Below are positions 38,368-47,971 of a DNA stretch of 64,000 nucleotides, piece by piece (the first letter of the stretch is position 1; each line of letters starts with the position of its first letter). Below the pieces are notes generated by a model. The model did not search any database. It worked only from the letters and a program-made list of their open reading frames with translations, and was not told the origin of the DNA. The stretch is from Planctomycetota bacterium (lineage in GTDB: Bacteria > Planctomycetota > Phycisphaerae > Phycisphaerales > Phycisphaeraceae), in NCBI GenBank assembly GCA_038749735.1, contig JBCDHS010000008.1, positions 5,797-69,796 of the forward strand, in the 5' to 3' direction. A program made the position numbers and the translations under genes.

Positions 38368-39336
38368 CTATAGGCCGTGTAAAGGTTTTTTACGCACCGT
38401 GCCCGGCGGTTCACCAAACTGCCGCTTGTATGCTCGGCAGAACGAGGCCTCGGACTCGTAGCCCACGTCGATCGCGATCTTTCCGACCGGGTCGGGGGTG
38501 TCACGCAGACGATGGCGCGCAACCTGCATGCGCCAACGCGTGACGTAGCGCATCGCTGGCTCTCCGACCAGTTCGGTGAAGCGAGCGGCAAAGCCCGAAC
38601 GCGACATGCACGCCACTTCTGCCATCGATTCGACATTCCATGGGTCCTGCGGCCGGCCGTGCACGGCACTCATCGCCTTGCCGATCAGCGGATCGCGCAG
38701 CGCCACCAGCCAGCCTTGTGATTCGCCCCCGCCCTGCTCGATCCATCGGCGGATCATCTGGATCACCAAGATGTCTGACAACCGGGTCACCACCGCCTCG
38801 CTGCCCGGACGCATCGCCTGAACCTCACGCACCATGAAACGCAACGTGCTGTGTAGCCAACCGTCCGCGTCGTCCGCCCAAGCGTCTAGCGTCATCACCG
38901 GCGGGAGCAGTGGCAGCAAGTGATCGGCCGCGACGTCTTCCAACTGGACCAGCACGCAGAGCATACGCGCCGACTCGCCACCGCCTCCGTGGCGCATCAC
39001 TTCATAGCGCTCGCTGTATCGCTGCACGGGGATATCAAATAGCGGGGTGGCTGGCGACGGCTGGGTTCCCCGGAGGATGTGCCCCTCACCGTGTGGAACC
39101 AGGGCCATCCCGCCCTGGCTAAGTGACACCGGCTCGCCACCCTCCCGCTCGATCACACATGACCCGGCCGTCACGATGTGAAAAATCATCGAACCCGGGA
39201 ACGGGGGGAGATCCACACCCCAGGGGGCCGAATATTCACCCCGGCAGTAGAAGCTGCCGGTCAACCGCAGCAGATGCAGGGTCTGAGCAAGCGGGTCGCC
39301 GGATTCAGCGAAGGGGGAGGGGGTTGGACTATCCAT
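38368..39336 (-). CDS. AraC-family regulator (cupin_6 + HTH)
   Basis: APWG cupin domain; MSRSGFAARF...GYESEASFCRAYKR. Confidence 0.92.
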   Translation of the reverse strand: MDSPTPSPFAESGDPLAQTLHLLRLTGSFYCRGEYSAPWGVDLPPFPGSMIFHIVTAGSCVIEREGGEPVSLSQGGMALVPHGEGHILRGTQPSPATPLFDIPVQRYSERYEVMRHGGGGESARMLCVLVQLEDVAADHLLPLLPPVMTLDAWADDADGWLHSTLRFMVREVQAMRPGSEAVVTRLSDILVIQMIRRWIEQGGGESQGWLVALRDPLIGKAMSAVHGRPQDPWNVESMAEVACMSRSGFAARFTELVGEPAMRYVTRWRMQVARHRLRDTPDPVGKIAIDVGYESEASFCRAYKRQFGEPPGTVRKKPLHGL

Positions 39337-39342
39337 GCAATC

Positions 39343-39370
39343 ATTATGTCAAAAATATTCATTAATGCAA
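39343..39370 (-). promoter_or_regulatory. Sigma70 promoter TTGCAT-16-CATAAT, leaderless-type, in an AT-rich divergent spacer
   Basis: CATAAT (39348-39343) lies 6 nt before the araC ATG; TTGCAT at 39370-39365. Confidence 0.55.
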
Positions 39371-39498
39371 TATGTTATGGACGAACTGCATATTTTTCTA
39401 GACTTTATGCCATAGTTTTTATTCCAAGACTGAGTTTAATGGTCATCGTTGTTTCAACGCGGATCACTAAACGCTCTCGCTTACGAAAGGACAGCTCC

Positions 39499-40341
39499 AT
39501 GCAAAAGACCCTCCCCATCACCCTCGTCATCGGCTCTTCCGGGAAAACCGGCCGACGTGTTACCGAACGCCTCAAAGCCGCGGGGCATCCTGTTCGGCTG
39601 GGTTCCCGCTCGGCTCAACCCCCCTTTGATTGGGGCGACCCTTCGGGCTGGGCCGCCGCGCTGGAAGGCGTACATGCTGTCTATATCGCCTACTACCCAG
39701 ACCTGGCCGTGGCTGAAGCTCCGGGGCAAATCACGCAGTTGATGGAGGCGTGCAGGAGCTCGGGTGTGGAGAAAGTGGTCCTGCTCTCGGGCCGAGGCGA
39801 AGCGAATGCCCAGATCTGCGAACAGATCGTCGCGGACAGTGGCTTTGCCTATACCCTGTTGCGTGCGGGCTGGTTCAACCAGAACTTTGATGAGGGCCAC
39901 TTCCTCAGCAGCGTTCTCGAAGGCGTCGTTGCCCTGCCGATTGGCGATTCAGTCGAGCCTTTCGTTGACTGCGACGATATCGCGGACGTCGCCTTTGCCG
40001 CGCTGACCGACGACCGGCACCATGGCGAGCTGTACGAACTCACCGGTCCGGAACTGTTGAGCATGAACCAGGTCGCCCAGACCCTCTCCGATGCTACGGG
40101 GCACCAAGTCCGCTATCGACCCATCAGTTTTGAGGAGCACCAGGCCGAGCTGACCAAGCACATGGGTCCGGCGTTCGCACAGTTCCTGACGGACCTCATG
40201 CGTGAAGTGATGGACGGCCGCAACGAATGGCTGGGCGACGGTGTAAAGCGTGCATTGGGCCGCGAACCCGCTAGCTTCATCGACTACGCGACCCGGGTTG
40301 CCGCCACTGGGACATGGGAGGTGGTTGATGTACGCGGTTGA
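39499..40341 (+). CDS. NmrA-like NAD(P)H-binding protein
   Basis: VIGSSGKTG and FVDCDDIAD motifs; AAAGGA SD before ATG 39499. Confidence 0.88.
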   Translation: MQKTLPITLVIGSSGKTGRRVTERLKAAGHPVRLGSRSAQPPFDWGDPSGWAAALEGVHAVYIAYYPDLAVAEAPGQITQLMEACRSSGVEKVVLLSGRGEANAQICEQIVADSGFAYTLLRAGWFNQNFDEGHFLSSVLEGVVALPIGDSVEPFVDCDDIADVAFAALTDDRHHGELYELTGPELLSMNQVAQTLSDATGHQVRYRPISFEEHQAELTKHMGPAFAQFLTDLMREVMDGRNEWLGDGVKRALGREPASFIDYATRVAATGTWEVVDVRG

Positions 40342-40807
40342 TGTCGTCACGATTGTGGCGGGTCTGGGCAGCGGCCTGGTCGCAGGGATCTTCTTTACTT
40401 TTTCCAACTTCGTGATGCCCGCGCTCGCCAGGCTGCCAAAGCCTCAAGGCATCCGGGCCATGCAGGCGATCAACCTCACCGTGATCAATCCCGGCGCGAT
40501 GCTCGCGATGTTTGGGACCGGGCTGGTCTGCCTGATCATGGGAGTTCTGGGCCTGGTCCTGACTGACGGGCCGGAGCAGTGGCTATACCTTGCGGGCGCC
40601 TTGCTTTATGTCTTGGGGTGTGTCGGGGTAACCATCGCGGGCAACGTACCGCTCAACGAGAAGCTGGCCCAAGCGGATGCCGCCAGCGAGGAAGCCGCCG
40701 AGCTCTGGGTGCATTACCTGAAGCGGTGGACACACTGGAACACCACCCGGACGATCGCCTCTGCCATGGCCAGCCTCGCCTGCATGGCCGCACTGGTGCT
40801 GTCCTGA
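40328..40807 (+). CDS. DUF1772/anthrone-oxygenase-family membrane protein
   Basis: GLVAGIFFTFS..VMPAL, AMQAIN, NVPLNE and WTHWNTTR motifs. Confidence 0.88.
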   Translation: MYAVDVVTIVAGLGSGLVAGIFFTFSNFVMPALARLPKPQGIRAMQAINLTVINPGAMLAMFGTGLVCLIMGVLGLVLTDGPEQWLYLAGALLYVLGCVGVTIAGNVPLNEKLAQADAASEEAAELWVHYLKRWTHWNTTRTIASAMASLACMAALVLS

Positions 40808-40875
40808 ACAGGTAACCGGCGGCGCTCTCGAAAGGGGACGCGGCCGATTCATGAGACCGCAACAAGAAACAGGTC

Positions 40876-41295
40876 TCAATGGAGGTCTTTGATGAAATAC
40901 AGTTCGTCGTCGGCCTGGGCGAGTCCAAGCCCCAGCCGGCCTGCAGGACGATAGCCATTCGCTTGGTGCCACTTCTGCGCAAGGGCGGCATGTTCCTCGG
41001 CCGAGGTGACCAGTGTCAACGCGCCATCTGCCTTCATCCAATCTTCCCAAAATCCGACCATCGTCCTACCCGCTCCCTCGCCGCGAGAATCAGGCTCCAC
41101 CCAGACCTCTTCCATGAACGGGATGTGACCCCAGAGCAAGCTGAAACGCAGGTACCCGACGGCTTGTCCATCGATTTGTGCGATGACATAACGCTGATGC
41201 GCCACACCCATCGCGACCCAGTTCTGCTTATGTTGCTCGGTGTGATTAAGCAGCCACGCCTCGTCACTGGGTTCACCGATCCGGGCCAACACCAT
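40876..41295 (-). CDS. GNAT-family N-acetyltransferase
   Basis: VWVEPDSRGEGAG acetyl-CoA-binding motif. Confidence 0.8.
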   Translation of the reverse strand: MVLARIGEPSDEAWLLNHTEQHKQNWVAMGVAHQRYVIAQIDGQAVGYLRFSLLWGHIPFMEEVWVEPDSRGEGAGRTMVGFWEDWMKADGALTLVTSAEEHAALAQKWHQANGYRPAGRLGLGLAQADDELYFIKDLH

Positions 41296-41333
41296 CGCAA
41301 GAACCCCCTATCAACAGTTGGCAAACGATACGT

Positions 41334-42401
41334 TCAAACCGGGAGACAGGCGTCCAGCAAGTCCTGAACCCCGAAGCCGCAAACGGCCAGGTTCTCATCG
41401 GCCGCGCCATAGTAGACGAAAAGCATCCCGTCGCGTCGCAGCATGGCGGTTGGGAAGACCACGTTGTCGACGAACCCCTGACGCTCAAACATCTCCTCGG
41501 GCTGCATCACCGGGCCACGGCTTCGCGCCACGATTTTGGCGGGGTGATCCTCATCAAGAATCATGGCGCTAGCGGTATAGACCCCCACGCCCTGTTCGCC
41601 GTGCTTCTTGTCTGAAGCGTGGTACAGCGTGAGCCAACCGCGGTCGGTTCGGATCGGCGGTGTGCCGCCGCCGACGCGGTCGATGGCGTCGGCGGCGCCG
41701 TCTCCGCCCAAGAGCGGCTGGTGGTTACCCCAGTGCAGCAGGTCCGGGCTGCGGGCGAGCCAGACCTGTGGCGGCGAAAACCGCATCGAAGGCATCGGCC
41801 GGTGCAAAGCCACATACTCGCCCAGAACTTTCTCGGGAAACAGCACGACATCTTTGTTGTCGGGACAGAAGATCGTGCCGTGGCGATGGAACTGGACGAA
41901 ATCCGTGGTCGACATCATCCGTGTACAGACACCATGGGGCGAGACGCCGACGTAGGTGATGTAGTAGGTCGCGCCGATCTTCGTGATGCGTGGGTCTTCA
42001 ATGCCGAATGATTCGTAGGGGCCTTGAGGTATCAGCATCGCTGCCGGCGTCGCCTCGTCGATTGCCGTGCCATCTTCGCTGAGAAAAACACGCAGGTGGG
42101 AAACGAAGCGCAAGCGCACGACCCCGCTCCGTCGGCCGACATACAGCCGCGGATCGGAACTATCACAGTCCTCGGCATCGAGCCAATCCGTGACGAGCGA
42201 GCCGTCCGCATACCGCGGCGAAGGGAACTGCCCCGGCCGCTGCTCGACGGGCTGCTCCACCACGCGCGCGACGAGGGCAACGCCGTCGCCGAACGTCTGG
42301 GCCGCGGGGTTACAGACGCCAACGACGCGCATCGCCTGGTCCGAAGGTGGCAGGTCGCCGGGCTTTAGGAGGCGGGTGGTAAACAGTCGCTGGAGCATCA
42401 C
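41334..42401 (-). CDS. Glycoside hydrolase family 130 (beta-mannoside phosphorylase/hydrolase-like)
   Basis: CNPAA, EDPRIT, NKDVVLFPEK, HRP, VVFPT and YYGAAD motifs. Confidence 0.88.
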   Translation of the reverse strand: MMLQRLFTTRLLKPGDLPPSDQAMRVVGVCNPAAQTFGDGVALVARVVEQPVEQRPGQFPSPRYADGSLVTDWLDAEDCDSSDPRLYVGRRSGVVRLRFVSHLRVFLSEDGTAIDEATPAAMLIPQGPYESFGIEDPRITKIGATYYITYVGVSPHGVCTRMMSTTDFVQFHRHGTIFCPDNKDVVLFPEKVLGEYVALHRPMPSMRFSPPQVWLARSPDLLHWGNHQPLLGGDGAADAIDRVGGGTPPIRTDRGWLTLYHASDKKHGEQGVGVYTASAMILDEDHPAKIVARSRGPVMQPEEMFERQGFVDNVVFPTAMLRRDGMLFVYYGAADENLAVCGFGVQDLLDACLPV

Positions 42402-42427
42402 AGTCCTTCGGGAGCGTCGATCAAGAC

Positions 42428-43528
42428 CTACGGGAGCACCTCGGCGAAGAACCGTTCCCAGTTCCCGCCGAGGATCAAGGCGGTATCGTCGGCCGAGTAT
42501 CCACGCCCTGCCAAGGTATCGGCCAGCTTGCTTAGGTCGCGGTGCGAGTCGATCTCGGCCGGCATGTGCTCGCGGCCGAAGCCACCGTCGGCATCACTCC
42601 CGATCGCCACATGCCGGGTGTCCCCGGCGATCTGGCAGATGTGGTCGATATGGTCGGCGACATCTGAGAACCTGACGCTGTCCTTAGGCGAGTCTTCGGC
42701 ATAACCGGACTTCAAGAAGAAATTAAACAGCGGAAGGCCGATCACGCCTCCCCGCTCGATGATCTGCTTCAGCTGTTCGTCGCTGTGGTTACGCGGGATA
42801 TCCCGCAGCGCCCGGCAGGCGGTATGGCTGGAGTAGATCCGGCCCCCGAACAGGTCGGCCGCCTCGGCAAAAGACTGGTCGGACGTATGCGTGAGGTCCA
42901 GGGGCATGCCGAGCTCGTGCATGATGGGTAACAGCTTCTGCCCGTTGACTGAGAGTGGGCCGTCGCCCTCGAGTTGGTTGTGCGGATCGCTGGGGGGGGT
43001 GCCTTGCGCATAGTGCGACTTGCCGAAGTGCGCGAGCATCAGCGTGCGCAGGCCCAGATCATGCCAGTGATGCAGTTGCTCGGGCTCCACAATCGGGTCG
43101 GCACCCTCCATCGTGAGGATCATGCCGATCGGCGTTGTTGTTTCATCCGCGTCCCACTGCGTGACATGTTGCTTGAGCTGTTCTGCCGTGGTCAGGATAC
43201 GTAAGTGTCCCTGTGATTGCAGCAGGCGGTAGTAGGCGAGCTGGCCCATCGCCGAGGCGTAGGCCATGGACGGGTACGGGTAGTCCAGGTCGTGCCGATG
43301 GATCACACGCGCCGCATCAATCCAGGGCTTACTCCTCGCGATCAATGTGCTAAGCACAACGCCGCAGCCTCCCTGCCTCAGCTCGTCAAGGCTGACCGTT
43401 GCCGTGCCCCGGTCGTCGGCGACGCCACCGGCCTCGCGGGTCCGGATCGGCCCGATGGGCCAGGTCTGGTCGCGCTCGTGATCCAGCGCGTTCATCGCCA
43501 AATCCAGATGCCCATCAAATAGAAGCAT
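42428..43528 (-). CDS. Membrane dipeptidase (peptidase M19)
   Basis: DGHLD, LTMEGAD, DLTH, SSH, RNHSDEQ and IGSDADG motifs. Confidence 0.9.
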   Translation of the reverse strand: MLLFDGHLDLAMNALDHERDQTWPIGPIRTREAGGVADDRGTATVSLDELRQGGCGVVLSTLIARSKPWIDAARVIHRHDLDYPYPSMAYASAMGQLAYYRLLQSQGHLRILTTAEQLKQHVTQWDADETTTPIGMILTMEGADPIVEPEQLHHWHDLGLRTLMLAHFGKSHYAQGTPPSDPHNQLEGDGPLSVNGQKLLPIMHELGMPLDLTHTSDQSFAEAADLFGGRIYSSHTACRALRDIPRNHSDEQLKQIIERGGVIGLPLFNFFLKSGYAEDSPKDSVRFSDVADHIDHICQIAGDTRHVAIGSDADGGFGREHMPAEIDSHRDLSKLADTLAGRGYSADDTALILGGNWERFFAEVLP

Positions 43529-43610
43529 ATCCGTTACTCCACGAGGTCATGTCGATTCTACCCGCCATGCCTGTCCCCGCTCGGCTTGAGGCATCTATAC
43601 TGTTGCGTCA

Positions 43611-44120
43611 ATGAGCTCAGCCCCACCGCCCAACACAAATGTCCATCGTGCTAAACGCCCACTCGGCCGGGCCTCGACCGAACCCGCCACCGGCCAGCCC
43701 GAACCGGCCAAGCGAAAGCCACGACGCAGCCGGGTGCGCACCCGCAACTGCTCAAAGTGCTTTACCCCCTGCACCACACTAACACGCTACAAGCTCGGCC
43801 CATCCGGGGCGTCTCAGTACATCTGCGATATCTGCTGGCCGACCTACTGCGCCGACAACAAAGACTACATCTACCTGGGCACCTGGCAGAACGGGCGGAT
43901 CATCGACCGCAAGCGTGTGGACAACGCCAAAACACCCAGGCGTCCCGAAACGTCCGGGGCCGGTCCGGTAGCACCTGAGAAGGCATCCCAACCGCAAGCC
44001 TCCCCCGCACCAAGCCATAGCGCAACACCCGCCAAGCAGACCTTCCGCAAACGCGGCCGGCGTACACTCAGCCGGCTGGTCCGCCGCGAGGGTGGCGCGG
44101 GTTCGCGGCGCCGGGAATAG
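43611..44120 (+). CDS. Small basic protein with a CxxC...CxxC zinc-ribbon-like core
   Basis: CSKC...YICDICWP...YIYLGTW flanked by R/K/P-rich tails; TATACT 9 nt upstream. Confidence 0.6.
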   Translation: MSSAPPPNTNVHRAKRPLGRASTEPATGQPEPAKRKPRRSRVRTRNCSKCFTPCTTLTRYKLGPSGASQYICDICWPTYCADNKDYIYLGTWQNGRIIDRKRVDNAKTPRRPETSGAGPVAPEKASQPQASPAPSHSATPAKQTFRKRGRRTLSRLVRREGGAGSRRRE

Positions 44121-44191
44121 AACGGATGACCTCTTGCGTTAGACCCTTGGTCACTTCGCCTTTGAACACGCCAGACGGTCCCGAGGCCCCC

Positions 44192-45058
44192 ATGTCCGCA
44201 CCCGCCGAACTTGACTCGACCGTCACCATGCAGTGCCTGCAGGTCTGGGGCGGCAACGAGCCGACCGAGAGCACGCTGAAGATGACCGGCCTGGACGGCT
44301 ACCTCTACGCCCAGCCCCAGGCCGGGGCCAAGAGCGGCGGCGACGTGTACTACGCCTCGTCCTGCGCCTCGGGGCGGGTGACGCGCGTCCTGCTCGCCGA
44401 CGTCTCGGGCCACGGCGACGTGGTCAGCAAGATGGCCCAGGGCCTCCGCGACCTGATGCAGCGCTACGTGAACTTCACCAGCCAGAAGCGGTTTATGAAA
44501 GAACTCAACCGCCGCTTCGGCGGGATCAGCGAGGTCGGCCGATTCGCGACAACCCTCGCGCTCTCCTTCTATGCCCCCACGCGCAAACTCTCACTCAGCA
44601 ACGCCGGCCACCCCGCCCCGCTCTGGTACCACCGGCAGACCGGCGAGTGGGAAGTGCTCGGCGTCAACCCCGACGCACCCGGCGAGTACCAAGCCGACCT
44701 GCCCCTGGGCGTCGACGATAGCACCGGGTATCAGCAACACGAGATCGACCTTCTGCCCGGCGATATGCTGCTGCTCTATACCGACGCCTTTATTGAGTCG
44801 GTCAAGCCCGATGGCAAGCAGCTGGGCATCTCGGGCTTCCGTGAGCTGCTCTCAGAGATCGACGTCGCGGACCCGACCCAGATCGTCCCCAAGCTCTCTG
44901 GGATGCTGTCCGTCGGTGACCCGGCCCGCCTGGCCGACGACGACGCGACGATCCTGCTGCTCTACGCAACGGGGCAGAAGGCCGAGGTCAAGAAAATGAT
45001 CATGAGCCCGTTCAACTTTGTCCGCGGCATGGCGAAAGGCAGCCTACCCTCGGTTTGA
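44192..45058 (+). CDS. Stand-alone PP2C/SpoIIE (RsbU-like) Ser/Thr phosphatase
   Basis: GGDVY, ADVSGHG, NAGHP, LYTDA and DDATI motifs. Confidence 0.88.
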   Translation: MSAPAELDSTVTMQCLQVWGGNEPTESTLKMTGLDGYLYAQPQAGAKSGGDVYYASSCASGRVTRVLLADVSGHGDVVSKMAQGLRDLMQRYVNFTSQKRFMKELNRRFGGISEVGRFATTLALSFYAPTRKLSLSNAGHPAPLWYHRQTGEWEVLGVNPDAPGEYQADLPLGVDDSTGYQQHEIDLLPGDMLLLYTDAFIESVKPDGKQLGISGFRELLSEIDVADPTQIVPKLSGMLSVGDPARLADDDATILLLYATGQKAEVKKMIMSPFNFVRGMAKGSLPSV

Positions 45059-45071
45059 ACGGCACCGCGAT

Positions 45072-46058
45072 TCAGGCCTCGGCCTCCAACACCGGGTCCT
45101 GAAACAACTCGGTCGAAAAATAGCGTTCCATGCGGTCGCACAGCACCGTGACCACCGTCGGCTCCTCGATCCCCCGCTCGCGCAGGCGTTGGTAGGCGAC
45201 CACCGCGGCCTCGTAGTTCAACCCCGAGCTGGGCCCACAGGGCAGGCCCAGCCGGATCAGGCGTCGCGTCGTGCGCAGCGCGATCTCATCGCGGATATCG
45301 ATCGTTTCGAGGCCTTCGAGCTCGCCCGGCTGATACAGGCACGACAGGTTGTCGACCACGCCCGGGATGCGGGCCGAGTAGGAACTGCACTCGGCGTGGT
45401 CAAAGCAGCCGGGCGCGACCGGCTCGCCGGGCGCGGAGATCGGCCGGGCATGGAAGGGCCGAGCGTGGCAGCCGTGGTCGCGCATCCCGTGGTACAGCCC
45501 AACGAGCGTGCCGCCCGTGCCAACCCCGGCGACGACCGCATCGACGTGCTGGGTCGGCAGCTGCCTGACAATCTCCCGCGCGGTGCCGAAGCGGTGGGCC
45601 TCGGCGTTGTCGGGGTTCTCGAACTGCCGGGGCAGGAAGGCGCCACGCTCGCGCGCCAGCCGGCGGGCCTCGGTGATGCAGTCCGCCATGGCTGCATCGG
45701 GATCGGTGTGGTGGACCTGCCCGCCGTAGGCCTTGATGATCAGCGACCGCTCGTTCGACACCCCGGCCGGCATCACAGCGATAAATTTTAAGCCGAGCTG
45801 GGCACAGACCATCGCCATCGCGATCGAGGTCGACCCGCTTGACGATTCGACGACGGTCCCGCCGGGCTCGACCGCCCCGCTGCGGTAGGCCTTGGTCAGG
45901 ATGTGGTTGGCGATGCGGTCCTTGGTCGAACCACCAGGATTCATGAACTCAAGCTTCGCCCAGATGCCAGGCGCGCCGGGTTCGAGCGACACGCGTGTCA
46001 ACGGCGTCGGCGGCCAGGTGCCCAGGTGGAGGTTCGTGTCAGGGAGGTGGCAGGCCAT
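45072..46058 (-). CDS. PLP-dependent cysteine synthase-family protein (divergent)
   Basis: KLEFMNPGGSTKDR, ESSSGST, QFENP, GVGTGGT and GPSSG motifs. Confidence 0.85.
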   Translation of the reverse strand: MACHLPDTNLHLGTWPPTPLTRVSLEPGAPGIWAKLEFMNPGGSTKDRIANHILTKAYRSGAVEPGGTVVESSSGSTSIAMAMVCAQLGLKFIAVMPAGVSNERSLIIKAYGGQVHHTDPDAAMADCITEARRLARERGAFLPRQFENPDNAEAHRFGTAREIVRQLPTQHVDAVVAGVGTGGTLVGLYHGMRDHGCHARPFHARPISAPGEPVAPGCFDHAECSSYSARIPGVVDNLSCLYQPGELEGLETIDIRDEIALRTTRRLIRLGLPCGPSSGLNYEAAVVAYQRLRERGIEEPTVVTVLCDRMERYFSTELFQDPVLEAEA

Positions 46059-46060
46059 GG

Positions 46061-47761
46061 CTAGATCAAGGACCCCTTGAGCGCCAAAGGGAGCGCAGAC
46101 TCGACCTGCACCTTCATGATCTGCCCGACCAGCGATGGGTCGCCACCGAAGAAGGTGATGAGGTCACCGTCGGTTCGGCCGGAGAGCTGGGTGGCTGCAT
46201 CATCGGGCTGCCAACCGAGGCTGACGTTGCTGGCCGCGGCGTTCGAGGTCTTGCGGGTTTTCTGGCTGACGCCCTCGACAAAGACCTTGACGGTCTTGCC
46301 GATGTAGCCCGCGTGGATCTCGGCGCTGATCTCGCTTTGCAGCGCGAGCAGGTCGTTGTTGCGTTGGCGTTTGACCACATCGGGGACATCGTCGGGCAGG
46401 CGGTCGTAGGCCGTGGTCCCGGGTCGGGGCGAGTACTTGAAGATGAAGCTGTTCTTGTAGCGGGCGAATTGAAGCAGCTCTCGGGTCCGCTGGTAGTCGG
46501 CGTCTGTCTCGCCGGGGAAGCCGACGATGATATCGGTGGCCAGGGTGACCCCGGGGAGCATCGCCTTGGCCCGGTCGATCAGTTCCATGTACTGCTCGAC
46601 GCGGTAGCCGCGGTTCATTTTGGCCAAGACGCGATTGCTTCCGGACTGAACGGGCAGGTGCAGGTACCGGCAGATGCGCGGGCTGTCGGCGATGACCTGC
46701 AGGATGTCGTCTCCGAAGTCGCGGGGCAGCGAGGTGACGAACCGCAGCCTTTGGATCGCCGGGACTTCTTCGTGGATGCGGAACAAGAGGTCGGCAAAGC
46801 TTGTGGTCGAGTCGTTGAACTCTGGCGAAGGCCCCCCCGTGCCCTTGTTCGGGCTGATGACGGTACCGACCTGTGGCTGCCAGACGCCATCGATCTTTTG
46901 CGCGGCGCTGTGGTCGTAGTGGTAGTGGTTGACGGTCTGGCCCAGCAGCGTGACCTCGATCACGCCGTGGTCGGCCAGCTTCTTGACCTCATCGACGATG
47001 TGGTCGGGGTGGCGGTGGACCTCGGCACCGCGGGTGTTGGGCACGACGCAGTAGGTGCAGAGCTTGTTGCAGCCGCGCGTGATGCGGACGTAGGCGGACC
47101 TGCCCGCACCGGGCGTGTGCTCGCCGGGCAGCTCGGCGTCCACGGGCGAGAAGCTGCGGGACAGGTCGACCAGCTCGAGCTTGTCGCTGGCCGCCGATAG
47201 CGTTGAGCTGCGGCGGTGGGTGTTGCCCTGCAGCGCGATGTTGTCCAAGCCCCTCGCGACCGACTCCTCTGGCTCGAACCTCGTCTTAAACACGTTGTCG
47301 ATGAGCATCGGGACCTTGTCCAACTCACCGGGGCCACAGAGCAGGTCGATCTGCGGGTAGCGATTGATCATGTCCGTGCCGTCGCGCTCGGCCATGCATC
47401 CGATGACCCCGAGCACGGTGCCGGGCTTCTCCACCTTGTGCTTGCCGACCAGCCCGACCCGGGACCAGACCTTGTTCTCCGCCTGTTCACGCACCGAGCA
47501 GGTGTTGTAGAGCACGACGTCGGCCGAACGCCAGTCGTCGGTGAACCGGTAGCCCAAGCCGCGCAGCTGGCTGGTGACGAGTTGGCTGTCCAGGACGTTC
47601 ATCTGGCAGCCGAAGGTCTCGAGGTAGACGCTGGGGCCGACGGACTGCCCCCGGTCCGGCTCATCGGCCGCGTGGACCGCGCTGCCCGCCTGCGAAGAGC
47701 AGGCCGGCGTGCCATCCCCGTGGGATGAGCAGACGAGTTGGGTCAGGGAAAGGTCCGGCAT
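46061..47761 (-). CDS. miaB: tRNA-2-methylthio-N6-dimethylallyladenosine synthase
   Basis: TFGCQMN, GCMAE, CNKLCTYC, HLPVQSGS, IVGFPGET, FKYSPRPGT motifs and a TRAM domain. Confidence 0.95.
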   Translation of the reverse strand: MPDLSLTQLVCSSHGDGTPACSSQAGSAVHAADEPDRGQSVGPSVYLETFGCQMNVLDSQLVTSQLRGLGYRFTDDWRSADVVLYNTCSVREQAENKVWSRVGLVGKHKVEKPGTVLGVIGCMAERDGTDMINRYPQIDLLCGPGELDKVPMLIDNVFKTRFEPEESVARGLDNIALQGNTHRRSSTLSAASDKLELVDLSRSFSPVDAELPGEHTPGAGRSAYVRITRGCNKLCTYCVVPNTRGAEVHRHPDHIVDEVKKLADHGVIEVTLLGQTVNHYHYDHSAAQKIDGVWQPQVGTVISPNKGTGGPSPEFNDSTTSFADLLFRIHEEVPAIQRLRFVTSLPRDFGDDILQVIADSPRICRYLHLPVQSGSNRVLAKMNRGYRVEQYMELIDRAKAMLPGVTLATDIIVGFPGETDADYQRTRELLQFARYKNSFIFKYSPRPGTTAYDRLPDDVPDVVKRQRNNDLLALQSEISAEIHAGYIGKTVKVFVEGVSQKTRKTSNAAASNVSLGWQPDDAATQLSGRTDGDLITFFGGDPSLVGQIMKVQVESALPLALKGSLI

Positions 47762-47971
47762 CGCAAACACGGGATCATAACCCAATCCAGCGCAGACCCC
47801 TACCGTCTTTGCCTAATTCCCCGCCGGGCGTGTTCCAAAGCCTCAAGCCGGAATCACCGTTCAATGACCCTTGTCAGATCGGCCCGTAGGGCTTATCCTA
47901 GAAGGGCTTACAGGTACCTCGCGCGTGCGTGGGCGGGACCTGTCTGGCGATTTCCCCCCTTGGAGCCCGAC

